In this document: positions 50,350 to 62,730 of the stretch, piece after piece
Layout of the letters: every line of letters begins with the position of its first letter
Numbering within the stretch: the stretch's first letter is position 1
From: Chiloscyllium plagiosum
Taxonomy: Eukaryota
NCBI RefSeq assembly: GCF_004010195.1
Contig: NC_057719.1
Span: 82,391,953 to 82,455,952 of the forward strand
DNA: 64,000 bases
Reading direction: 5' to 3'
The notes under the pieces: generated by a model
What the model saw: the letters and a program-made list of their open reading frames with translations, nothing else
What the model was told of the DNA's origin: nothing
Databases searched by the model: none
Translations under genes and position numbers: made by a program

Positions 50350-53300
50350 AATTGACTGCTTCAGTATCTCATGAGTCACAAATGGTATTGAACGAAGTGG
50401 GCATCAGTAAACACTCCACTCTGATATTATTATGAAGGGGAGGTCATTGATTAAAAAATTAATGATGGTTGGCATGGAACACCACATTGACCAACTTGTG
50501 CGCCAAAGTCCTGGAACTGAGCACCAAGAACCACAATAATCTTCCATTGTGCTAACATGATTACAGCCTGATTTGCAGTTAACTCAATTTTGCTCATGCT
50601 CTTTGATGCCAACCTTGGTCAACTGCTGTCTTGATGTCAAGGACTCACTTTATCTGTGGTTGTCATTTCTTTTATGCATGTTCAAACTAAGTCTGTAACA
50701 AGATCAGTAGTTGAATGGGGCTTGGCAGAGCCTGAACTGAGCTAACTAAGTGCTGTCAACACTCCTTTCACTGTTTTGATAATTGGTCAAATTGTTTTTT
50801 TTCTCTTTTTCATGGGTTTCACATCACTGAGCAGTGTTATGTGGATTACAGTGTTCCACTTGTATCAGTATAGTTCAGGAATTGCTAGTTCTGGAGAGCC
50901 AATTTCAGTACTACTGGAATATTGGTGGGGTCCACAGCCTTTGCAGTATCTGATGCCTTCAGTCATTTCTTGATATCACACAAAGTGAATAAAATTGGCT
51001 AAAGACTGACATGCAAGCAACTAGGCATCTCAGGAGGAGGAGGATGAGATAGATCATCCACTTAGTACCTCTGGCTGAAAGTGGTTGCAAATGCCTTAAT
51101 ATTTGGACTGATGTATTGGATTTCCTCACCATTAAGGATGTGAACATTTGTGGAATCTCCCCCTTGATTGTTGAGGTTTAATTGTTCATCACCAATTGTG
51201 ATTGGATATGCCAATACTGCAGAGCTTCGATCTGACATGTGACTGTAGGATCATAATTCCCTGTCAATTGCATGTTGTCTCCACTTTGCATGTTGTCTCC
51301 ACTATTTGGCATGCAAGTAGTCCTGTGTTGTAGCTTCACCTGGTTAACATATCAGTATTCCTGGCAACGGTGCTCAGGGTAGCCCGGAGCCTGGACTCTT
51401 GGCAGTGTCAGCAAGGTGCTGACGGGAGTAGGGCCGGGGTCTCCTGGGGCACTGGCGTCACCGTTGCTGTTCCCGGAGTAGGACTCCCTGAGGATCGGAT
51501 ACCGTGCAGAGACCCAGCAGATGCCTTGAAGCTGTGCTTAAGACCCCAATTTGAACAGAAGATGAACTCTTATTTAAGCAATTTCTTTTAATCCTTATTG
51601 TACTTCAAAATGGCGCCGGATTGTGGCAACAAAACACTTTTCGCTGTTTATATATGTGACAAAAATAAATAAATAATTCATTCTATTGACCCAAGACCTA
51701 ACTAAATTAACTATATAAACGTGCTGTGGCATTAAGAGCAAGTCAAAGGCTGGGAATTCTGTGGCAAATTCTCCAGACTCCCTAAAGCTTGTCCACCATC
51801 CACAAGACACAAATCAGGATGGAATACTCCCGACTTCCCTGGATGAGTGCAGCTCCAACAAAACCTAAGAAGTTCATTCTGGTTAAAGCAGCCCGTTTGA
51901 TTGAAACACCAGCCACCAGCTTCAGTATTGACTTTCTTCACTACAGTGGCAGTGGTGTACACCGTCTGCAAGACGCACTGCAGCAACTTACCAAAGCTTC
52001 TGTGACAGTGGTTTGTGTTGCAATAAGGCTTATGACTCAGGGCTCTATTCTTCACTTGGAGCAATCTGTAACCTAGTCTCTTCTGGTATTTTGTGGCCTA
52101 TAATGGTTTCCCCTTACCATAGAGTGACTGCTGTCTGACACTGATGGGTTTCTGCAATCTCTTTGATTTACATGTGTTATCATGTACAGTTGTGAATGCC
52201 CATTGTAGGAAAAATGCAGATGCATTGGAGAGAGTGCCGAAGCAATTTACAAGGGTGGTTCCAGGAATGAGAAACTTCAATCCTGACGATGAATTGGAGA
52301 AATTGGGACTGTTCTCCTTGGAAATAAGAAGGCTGAGAGGAGATTTCATAAGAGTTTTCAGAATCATGAGTGGCTGGACAGAACAGATAAGGAGAAGCTG
52401 CTCCCATTCATTAAAAGAAGAAAAAATGAGAGGGCTAAATTTAAAGTGATGTGCAAATGAAGCAAGTGTGATGTGAAGAAAAAACATTTTCAATCAGCAA
52501 GAGTGATGTATGGAATGCACTGGAGATTCAACTGATTAACTCAAGAGGACATTGGATGGGCAAGAGAATGGGGAGAAAGCAGGAAATTGGCACTAGATAA
52601 ATCATGCTCATTTGAACAGTCACAGCAGGCAGGAGAAGCCAAATGGTGTCTTTCTGTGCCATTTCTTATTCTGAGATTCTGTGACATTATTGGTACATAA
52701 TACTGAACTCCAATAAGTACATCCCTCACTGTATAGAATACTCCATCCTTGCTTCCTTGATTTTTGCACACGACTGCTTGTCCTTGTTGCAACATGCTTT
52801 ATAGCATTATTGTATCCATTCTCACCATGCTACAGACACCACATCGCAAATCTGTGATCTGTGATCTGAGAAGAACAAGGTCAGCAAACACATGGGAATG
52901 AACACCACCTGCAAGTTCCCCTGCAAGTCACTCACAATCCTGGCTTGGAAATAAAGAATCGTAGAATCCCTACAGTGTGGAATTATGCTATTTGGCCAAG
53001 TGAGACTGACTGTCCAAAGAGCATCCCACCCAGACCCACCCCCTCCCCATAAACCCTACATTACCCATGGCTAATCCACCTAGCCTGAACATCCCTGGAC
53101 ACTATGGGCAATTTAGCATGGCAAATCCACCTTACCTTTGGACTGTGGGAGTAAGCTAGATTACCCGGGAGAAACCCACACAAACATGGGAAGAGTGCAA
53201 AAACTCCGTGCAGTCACCCAGGTCCCTGGTGCAGTAAGCTAGCATTGTTAACCACTGAGCCGCCATACCACTGTCCTTCCATGGAACTGAGTCAAAATCC

Positions 53301-53420
53301 TGGAATTCCCTTCCTAACAACACTGTAAATGTACCTACACTATATGGACTGCACTAAGACTCACTGCCACCTTCTCAAGGGTAACTATACCTAACCAGTA
53401 TCTCCCACATCCCATGAAAC
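50350..53420. mobile_element. CR1/L2-group LINE: RT antisense (~50350-51350), C-terminus and 3' end sense (~51715-52005, 52865-53420), with nested CR1 (~52195-52680) and HE1 (~52955-53270)
   Basis: Antisense INDLP..FTD remnant; sense MEYSRLPWMSAAPT..KAARLI; tail homologous to 18110-18490. Confidence 0.65.
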
Positions 53421-53738
53421 ATTCAAGATTCAAAATTATCCACACTCAGAGCACATGGGCTCAAACTTAAAAAACATTGAAGCATAAAATTTAGATTTAA
53501 CTGTCGAAAAGTGTGGTGCTGGAAAAGCACAGCAGTTCAGGCAGCATCCAAGGAGAAGGAGAATCGATGTTTGGGCATAAGCCCTTGATCCGAAATCTGG
53601 AATTAAGAGTCTAACGGTAACAATGAATCCATTGTTGATTGTCAGAAAAACTCGTCTGGTTCATTAATCCATCCTTACCTGGTCTAGCCTACATGTGAAA
53701 CTAGACCCACAGTAAGTGGTTGTCTCTTAACTGTCTTC

Positions 53739-54528
53739 TGGGCACTTAGGGATGGGCATTAAATGCTAGCCTACCCAGCTAAGCCTTCATCCTGTAAATG
53801 TATATAAAAACAGAAGGCTGACATGTCACTTATTACATGTTTCCCTATGCCCTCCCACCAGGTTCCTGATGAAGGGCTTATGCCCGAAATGTTGATTCTC
53901 CTGCTCCTCGGATGCTGCCTGACCTGCTGTGCTTTTCCAGTGCCACATTTTCGACTTTGATTCCAGCATCTGCAGTCCTCATTTTCTCCTTGTCTAAATA
54001 TAACTGTCTTACAAAGAGAATCAGATGGAATGAACTGTTCGGGGAAGTAGATAGTGAGCACAAATTAACAGAGTTTAATAACAAGTTCAGGAAGGATAAC
54101 TGTGGGGTCCTTGTTTGGAGGTAAGATGTGTAGATTGCAGTCTTACTACCTCTGGCTCTGACGTTAATGAAAAGTGAGAGAGATGCATAATGAACTGCTG
54201 ATGGGAATTGAACATTTTATATGACGGTGCAGTAAAATGAACCTGCAAGTTCTGTAGTTCAAGGCATGAGGGGGTTTTACTCCATGAAAGGATTGACAAT
54301 GGAATTTGAATTGATTGGTATGTGTCATGTCTGTTGGCCAGAATGCTACAATAGACCCAGAATCACAAAAGGGCTAATTCTGGAGGGTCCCATGGAATGG
54401 GTAAGCTGGCAGGAGGGCATGGGGAAACATGTAATAAGCCACACGTCAGCCTTCTGTTTTTATATACATTTACAGGATGAGGGCTGCGCTTGCTAAGCTA
54501 ACATTTAGTGTCCATCCCTAAATGCCCA
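53739..54528. repeat. 123-bp inverted repeat (53739-53861 / 54406-54528) with a mini-PLE (~53862-53990) in the spacer
   Basis: Reverse-complement alignment; both arms give W-EG-GKHVIS--SAFCFYIHLQDEG in the ORF track. Confidence 0.9.
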
Positions 54529-56314
54529 AAGTTTAATAGTCTTATCTTTATTTTTATTATCCAATCCCTCTAGTTTCAGAGTTTTAGGTAATTTTACTGC
54601 AGTTTAAAGGAAAGCAATATCATCGCTTATGAGGTACAAAGTGCTCTTTTCAGTCTTGTAAAGCAGTTTACTATAATTACAAGCTCTTTCCTGAACTGTT
54701 CACACCTTCTCCTCCTTTCAGATGCACATGTTTGTTATGTGTGCAATAATTTCCAAATAAAAAATCCCTCTCCTGGTGATCTTTCCACTGAGATGATGTT
54801 CGTTCCAGGATCTTTAGGAAGTGCCTCAAAGTGAAAGGTTTGTTATGTCTGATCTGCCTTTCTCACTTATTGTATTTGATATCAAATTAAACTGTGAAAT
54901 CAGTGTAATCTGGCCAATTTTCAAGGCTCAAACAATTTTCAAATGTTTTCAAATATCAATGCTCCTTAATGCTTTCACAATGTAGAATACAACACTGGTG
55001 TTCATATAATGACTTCAAGATGTCCCAAATTAATTTATAACCAATTGTTCACTTTTGAAGTGTACTCACTGATGTTAAGTAGGAGACATCATTTCATAGT
55101 CCTGCCTAGTTAAGTTGTAACAGTGTAAGTGAAAATTTATTTGCCATCCAGCTTACTGCCAGGCAATTTTTAACTATTACTAAATAGGTACTGGAAGATT
55201 ATTAAATTTGTAAAAGGCTGGGTGGAAATTTATCGGACTCTGACCGGTAAGGACAAAGGCAAGATGTGCTGTAGAATATTTGCCTCAAAGTTGAGATCAT
55301 CTCACACCAACTACCCTGCATTGCTCATGACAAGATTCTTTCCAGGGAGCACAGAGTTATTGTTTGTTAAACAGTTCATTAACATGCCTGCTCACCATGA
55401 ATTGCAATCTTACCACAAAAACTGTTGGCAAAACTCAACATGGAAACTAGAGTGAATTCTTGGCAGATTCAACTCACCGCTTGCTCCAGAGAATCCATGT
55501 CGGTCACAGACAAAATGGGAGCAGGCTTCGATTCATCAGCACCAGCTTCACGTACTATTCCATCATGGACATCAGCGCCATCACCTCAAACTTTCAAGGA
55601 GGCATCACCACCATCTTGGCATCCTCCAACATACTGGCACTGTGCCCTGCATGGGTTGACTAGTCTAGGAAGGCAGACCAACAATCAGCAGTGTTTGGCT
55701 GCATTGGGTACTGCACAAGGGAAGGAACCTATTATACAGTGTGGACTGGGCTACTTACCGAGGATCCTCCCTTGCTGTCTCTGTGCACGTTCACCTGCTG
55801 ACTATCCGCATGTCCTCAGCATGCATATCTTGCCATGGATGCCATGCCTTGGCATTTGGCACAGTCGGACAACCAGCCAGATGGAAGTGCTGTGCAGCGA
55901 TCCTTATTTGAGAACGCCTATATCTTCATGTACATGAATGTGCCAAGTCACTAGGGCACCTCTATCACGTGGCCAGAGCATCTGCGCCAACACATAGCAT
56001 CTCAAAATGATGCTAGATTGTAGCGATAAAACATTTTTCACTGTATCTTCGAGATATATGCGACAATAAATAAATCAATCATTCATTCATCTGCAGTGAG
56101 CAGTGGGATATGTCTCAAGGTCTTTGGAAAGTAGTCCACAGGAGAGTCACTGGGGGGTAGGAGGTGGAGTATGGAGGAAATGACATGTTAGAACTGGTGC
56201 ATATGGAGCAAAAGGTGTTGCGGTGTTTCAAAGGAACAAAGAGGCAGCATGGAGAGCATGCAGGTGGGTGGTTGTGGCAGAATATGGGGTAACGAGGGTG
56301 AGTGAGGAAAGGCA

Positions 56315-57420
56315 TTCCAAAGGCTTTGGACAAGGTACCTCACAAAAGGTTAAGTCATAACAGCCCACAATGTTGGAGATCGTATATTGGCATGGATAGA
56401 GAAATGTCTCATGCGTAGGAAACAGCGAATGGAGATTAGGGGCTCTTTTTCATGTTGGTGACCGGTGACCCAGTGGGGTTCCAAAGGGTCAATGCTGGGA
56501 CTGCAACTGTTTACAATATATATTGATGATTTGGAGGAAAGAAGTGAATATACTGTCGCCACATTTGCAGACAATATTTAGGTGGAAAGGCGGGTTATGA
56601 ATGGGATACAGAGAGATATTGAGTGGGTAAGTTAGTGGGCAAAAAGTTGACAAATGAAGTCTAATATTTGAAAATGCAAAGAATGTGGAAGGGAGAACAA
56701 AGAATAGAGTATTGTTTAAATGGATAACAAAACACAGAAAGTTAGCATATAGATGCAGCAGGTAATAATGAAGACTAATGGAATATTGGTGCTTATTTCA
56801 AGGAGGCCGCAGTATAAAAGTATAAGAAGTCTTACTGTAAGTGTACAACTCCAGATTTGAGACCACATCTGGAGTTGTGTGTGCAGTTTGGACTTGTTAT
56901 TTAAGGAAAGTTATCATTTCATTGGAGGTAATTCGGAGAAAATTTACTAGGATAATCCCTGGTATGGAGGGATTGTCTTATGAAACTCATAAGGTTGGGA
57001 CTCATTGGAATTGAGAAGAACGAGAGGTGATCTTATTGAAACATGTAGAATTCCTTAGGGGCTTGACAAGGTAAATGTTGAGAGGATGTTTCCCATCATG
57101 GGAGCATCTAGGACCGGAGGGAATAGTCTAAGAATAGAGGTGTGTCAATTTAAGATTGAGATGAGGAGGAATTTCTTCTGTCGGACGGCTGCGTTCTTTG
57201 AAACTTCTTGCCACAGACAGCTGTAGAAGCAGAATCTGTGTGTATATTCAAGGCTGAGGTAGATGGATTGTTAATAAGTCGAGGAATCTAGGGTAACAGG
57301 GAAAGGGCAGGAAAGTGGAAATGAAGAACGTCGGATCAGCCATATTCAATTGTAAAGTGGAGCACGTTCAAGGAGCTGAACAGACTATTCATGTTCCTAT
57401 TTGCTAGATCTTATGATTAC
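56315..57420 (+). mobile_element. CR1 LINE RT to 3' end, decayed
   Basis: KALDKVPH, GSMLGLQLFTIYIDDL, FAD, RPHLE, RRNFF motifs. Confidence 0.88.
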
Positions 57421-57489
57421 TGTTTTATTCTATAGAGTGCACATCAGAGCATAAATATTGGTGAGAGATGTGGCACAGATAAATATGAG

Positions 57490-57740
57490 GCAGCAGAAGA
57501 GCAGAACATTGCACCCAATCTGGCAGAGAGGGGACGACCACTGACCTTCTTACTGCATGGAGACGGCACTGGCCCAGGTGGCGATCTCAAACCATGGTCT
57601 GGTGCTGAGGGTTCCTCTGCAGGTCCTCTGGGAAGATAACTCCTCTACTCTTGACAACTGCATCCACAAGGGCCTCGGGTCCTTCTTGGAGAAATATGGT
57701 GTCAGCGTGTCCTGGGAAGAAAGACACTGACTTTCCACCC
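57490..57740 (-). pseudogene. Myb/SANT-like DNA-binding domain remnant (Harbinger ORF2/NAIF1-like)
   Basis: Frameshifted F...EALVDAVVKSRGVIFPED / WFEIATWASAVS / Q*..KV pattern. Confidence 0.65.
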
Positions 57741-58824
57741 ATGGGGAGAAAGTTACTCTTTAGCAGAATTGAAAGTGGCAAAAGACTTTAAACAGAAGGT
57801 GGATGTAGCATTTACCCTATCATAATCCATAGACTACTGTGCAATTGTTTGGAAATGGTCATCGAGTGGGAGTACAATAAATGGGCATCACAGCTGTAAA
57901 CTTCTGCTCAACACTGTCTCCCGATTTCACAAACATCACTCCCCTGCACATCCACATCAACCAGTGAAACGCCATAGGCTGATTCAAATCATCCATGCTA
58001 CATCTCATTTATCCACTCCTCAACAACCTGTTCAACTCACCTACTGCCTTCCTTCCTTCTTGGTGCCTCATATGAGCAGCCTTCCTGAGTAAGTGGATGT
58101 CCTTTAGTTCAAGGAAACAGGGGAACTCACTGATAGTGACTAATCCCATTTGTCGAATGACAGGTTTGAACTACCACGATGAAAGAGGTCCTTGTCGAAT
58201 GGGTCAAGGACAATATAGAATCAGACAATGAGGCTGTGCTTCTGGAGAGAAGAATGAAGTGATTTGGGTTGCCAGGAAGTAGAGAATAATCTCCTGCCCC
58301 TGTGCAGCCAACCTCCATCGCTGGGGCCTCAGTACAAATATGATACATGGTGGTGGACAGACACAAACAATAGTGCACGCTCCCAAGCAGTGTCCCTCAA
58401 AGTAGCAGACTAACTTAGCAAATGAGGTGGTGATTGCTTGTCTCTGGGGATTTGCATTTGCTAAACAATTAAAGAAGTAGGGAATCATATGGAAGGGTAC
58501 ATTCAAATAAAACAGAATGTTCAGGTGAGTTAGGAGACAGCAGATTAAATCATTAAAATAACAGTGATTCCCACACTGAGCTAGTCATAATGTCTCATGA
58601 TTGCTATCTGGTTCGTGTACTTTGGAGGGAGTAGTCAGGATGCAACCAGCACAGAGGTTCATCACCCTACAGACATTACAGGGACCACAAAAGGAGTGAG
58701 TTAGGGCTGCAGACATTGTTGTGAATGAACAGAGTTGCTTTAAAGCTAGCAGTGGCGAACAGATCATTTGAAGTTATGCTGGTGCAATTGTGCAGGCAGG
58801 AGGATTTAAACTCTTTGCTTTATT

Positions 58825-59280
58825 TTATTCAGAAGATGTGGGTCCAGCAATTATTGGCCAACTTTAGTTGCCCTTGAGGTGGGAGTGGAAAGCTGCCTTC
58901 TTGATCTGCTGCAGTTCATTGAGTGTAGATATACCCACAGTGCTGAGTCCCAGGATTTTGACCCAGTGGCACTGAAGGAACAGTGATATATTTCCAAGTC
59001 AGATGAAGAATGAGTTAGAGGGGATCTTACAGGTGCTGGTATTTTCATGTATTTGCTGCCCTTGTCCTTCTTGATGGTAGTGGCTGTCGGTTTGGAAGTT
59101 ACTATCAAAGGAATAGTGAATTTTTCCAGTGTATCTTGTAGATTACATAAATTGTCCTATTGAGTATCAGTGTAGGAGGAAGTGAATGTTTGAGGATTTG
59201 GTGCTAATCAAGCAGGCTGCTTTATCCTGCTGCTTGAGTGTGGTTGGAGCTGCATGAATCCAGCCAAGTGGATAGTATTG
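58825..59280 (-). mobile_element. CR1/L2-group LINE 3' end
   Basis: Homologous to 18110-18490. Confidence 0.7.
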
Positions 59281-59761
59281 CCAATGTTTGCCAAACTGCC
59301 CTGTATTCTGTGGGCTCACAGCTTCTTAATCAATCTGCCAAACTTGTCAAGATCTTGTCAAAGGCCTACCCTCATCTACACAGTTAGTCACCTCTTTGTA
59401 AATCACATGCATTTGGAAAAGCAAGGACTGATTAGGCATTATCAGCATAGCTTTTGGCATTGGTGATCGTGTCTCACAAATTTGATTTTTTTTAAGAGGT
59501 TACCAAGAAGACAGATGAAGGAACAGCAGTTGACATTGTCTACATGGATTTTAGTAAGGCCTTTGACAAGATCCCACATGGTAGACTAGTTAGTAAGGTC
59601 ACACGAGATCCAGGGAGAGATAAAATGTGGAGCTGGAAAAAGCACAGCAGGACAGTCGATGTTTCAGGCAGGACCCTTCATCAGGATTTCCAGCATCTGC
59701 AGTCCTCACTATTTCCAGGGAGAGATAGCCAATTGAATACAAAAGTAGCTTAATGGTAGAA

Positions 59762-61137
59762 GTTAAAAATCACACAACACCAAGTTTATAGTCCAACAGG
59801 TTTTTTTTGGAAGCATTAGCACTCCATCAGGTGGTTGTGGAGAATAACACCATAACACACAGAATTTATAGCAAAAGGTTACAGTGTCATGCAACTGAAA
59901 TGATATATTGAACAACCTGGATTGTTGTTAAGTCTTTCATCTATTAGAATGGGTTGCAGGTTTCGGTTCATTAATACGTAAATCCCAGAACTTCTTTTAA
60001 GTCACCTTCTCAAGATAACTTAAGATTTTATAGCAAATGACAACTCAGCTCAGACAATGCTTTAAAGATGTTGGGTCTGGCTATATCCCAATCTTGAGTC
60101 AGACTGGTTCTATTTCCAAAGCAGTATTTACAAAATATTACATGTATTGACTGCCTGCAGATTATGTATTTTTGTGCAAAATAGAATGTATCTGAAAATA
60201 TAATTCTAAAAAATACAAATTCACCCCATAGACTTATATGTGTGTGCGTGTGCATAAGAGAGTAAGTGTGTACGTGTGAGTACACTTGAGTGTGTGTTTG
60301 CATGTGTGAAAGCTTGGTAAGGTGTGTGTTTGGGTATGATGGAGTATAAGCCTGTGACAGAGTCTGTGCATGGGTGTGAGTGTGGGGGTGTATGTGTGTG
60401 TGCAAGAGAGAGAGTGTATATGAGAAAGGGTCTACATGAGTGTGTGAGTATGTCAGCGTAGGTGTGTGTGGGAGAAAGTGCACAGTGTAGTGAGGTCACC
60501 TGTAGTGTGACATGAACCCAAGATCCCGGTTGAGGCCATCCTCACGGGTACTAAACTTGGCCATCAGCCTCTGCTCGGCCACTTTGTGTTGTTGCCTACC
60601 CCAAAGTCCGCCTTGGAGGATGGTCACTCGAAGATCCGAGGCCAAATGTCCCTGACTGCTGAAGTGTTCCCCAAGTGGGAGGGAACACCCCCTCTGGTGA
60701 TTGTTGCGTGGTTTTCATTTAGCCGTTGTTGTTGCGTCTGATTGGTCTCGCCAATGTACCATGCCTAGGTGCATCCTTGCCAACAGCGTATGAGACAAAC
60801 AACGTTGGCTGAGTCACGAGTACCTGGCATGTACACGGGTGGTGTTCCCAAGGGTAATAGTGGCATCCGTGTCGACACTCTGACGTTTTGCAGTGGTTGC
60901 CATGACAGGGTTGTATGGTGTTGTGGTCAATGTTGTCCTGAAGGCTGAGCAGTTTGCTGCGAATGATCATCTGTTTAAGGCTTGGCAGTTCTTTAAAGGT
61001 GAGAAGTGGAGGCGTAGGGAAGGTCTTGGCGAGATGCTCATCCTCATCGATAATGTGCTGCAGGCTGCAAAGAGCATTGTGTAGTTTTTCCACTCATGGG
61101 AAGTACTGGACAATGAAGGGTACCCTGTTGGTTGCAA
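59762..61137 (-). mobile_element. PLE family B 3' half
   Basis: ORF 60719-61093 (LQHIIDEDEHLAKTFP...PCHGNHCKT), CA-rich UTR, terminal repeat. Confidence 0.9.
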
Positions 61138-62730
61138 TGGGAATGGGGATGAAGGTAGCTGAGAGTGCGATAGGTGGATGAAGGTGTAGGTGAAGGTGAT
61201 AGGTCGGAGAGGAAGGTGGAGCAGATAGGTGGGAAGGAAGATGGATAGGTAGGACAGGTCATGAGGCCGATGCCAATTTGGAAGGTTGGATCTGGGATAA
61301 GGTGGAGGAAGGGGAACTGTGGGAACTGGTGAAATCCACATTGATCCCACGTGGTTGGAGCGTCCCAAAGCGGAAGATGAGGCGTTCTTCCTCCAGGCAT
61401 CAGGTGGTTAGAGTTGAAGATGGAGGAGCCCAGGACCTGCATATCCTTGGCAGAGTGGGAGGAGGAGTTAAAGTGTTTGGCCATGGGGCAGTGGGGTTGG
61501 TTGGTGCAGGTTTCCCAGAGATGTTCTCTGAAGCATTCTGCAAGTAGGTGTCCTGTCTCCCTAATGTAGAGGAGACCGCATTGGAAGCAACGGATATAGT
61601 AAATGAGATGTGTGGAGGTGCAGGTAAAATTCTGATAGATGTGGAAAGCTCCTTTGGGGCCTTGGACGGAGGTGAGGGGAGGGGGGTGGGCAGACGTTTT
61701 GCAATTCCTGCAGTGGCAGGGGAAGGTGCCGGGATGGGAGGATGGGTTGATGGGGCGGCTTGGACCTGACAAGAGAACCTCGGAGGGAATGGTTTTTATG
61801 GAAAGCGGATAGGGCAGGGGAAGGAAATATATCTCTGGTGGTGGGATCGCTGTGTAACTGGCGGAAATGGCAATGGATGATGCAATGTATATGGAGATTG
61901 GTGGAGTGGAAGGTGAGGACCAGAGGATTCTGCCCTTGTTGCAGTTGGAGGGATGGAGTTCAAGGGCAGAGATGCAGAAAGTGCATAAGATGCGCTGGAG
62001 GGCATCATCGACCATGTGGGATGGGAAATTGCAGTCTTTGAAGGAGGCGGCCATCTGGTGTGTTCTGTGGTGGAACTGGTCCGCCTGAGAGCAGATGCAG
62101 TGGAGGCGGGGAAATTGGGAATAAGGGATAGCGTTTTTACAGGTGCCAGAGTGAGAGGAGGTGTAGTCCAGATAGCTGTGGGAGTCGGTGGATTTGTAGA
62201 ACATGTCTGTGTTGAGTCGGTCACTATTGATGGATATAGAGAGGTCCAGGAAGGGGAGGGAGGTGACTGAGATGGTCCATGTGAACTTAAGGTCGGGGTG
62301 GAATGTGTTGGTGAAATTGATGAACTGTTCAGCCTCCTGGTGGGAGCACGGGTTGGTGCTGATACAGTCATCAAAATACCGGAAGAAAAGGTGGGGAATG
62401 GTGCCTGTCTAACTGCGAAAGGTGGACTGTTCCAAGTAACTGACAAAGAGACAGGCATAGCTGGGGCCCATGCGGGTGCCCAAGGCTACCCCTTTGGTCG
62501 GGAAGAAGTGGGAGGATTCAAAGGAGAAATTATTGAGGGTGAGGACCAGTTCAGCCAAACGAATGTGTGCATCAATGCAGGGGTACTGTTGGGGACGCCA
62601 GGAGAGGAAGAAACGGAGGGCTTGGAGGCCTTAAATCATGGTGGATGGATGTGTACAGGGATCGGAGGTCCATGGTGAAGATGAGGCATTGGGGACCAGG
62701 GAAATTAAAGTCTTGCAGGAGGTGGAGAGC
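61138..62730 (-). mobile_element. PLE family A RT + GIY-YIG
   Basis: ORF 61044-62204 (YLDYTSSH...CHCRNCKT...LIYYIRCFQCGLLYIRETG); RT motifs upstream. Confidence 0.92.

Larger units (their letters stand above)
55219..59371. mobile_element. PIF/Harbinger-like DNA transposon relic, boundaries tentative
   Basis: Contains a Myb/SANT-like remnant; weak candidate ends gggtggaaattt (55220) / aaaggcctaccc (59371). Confidence 0.4.
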
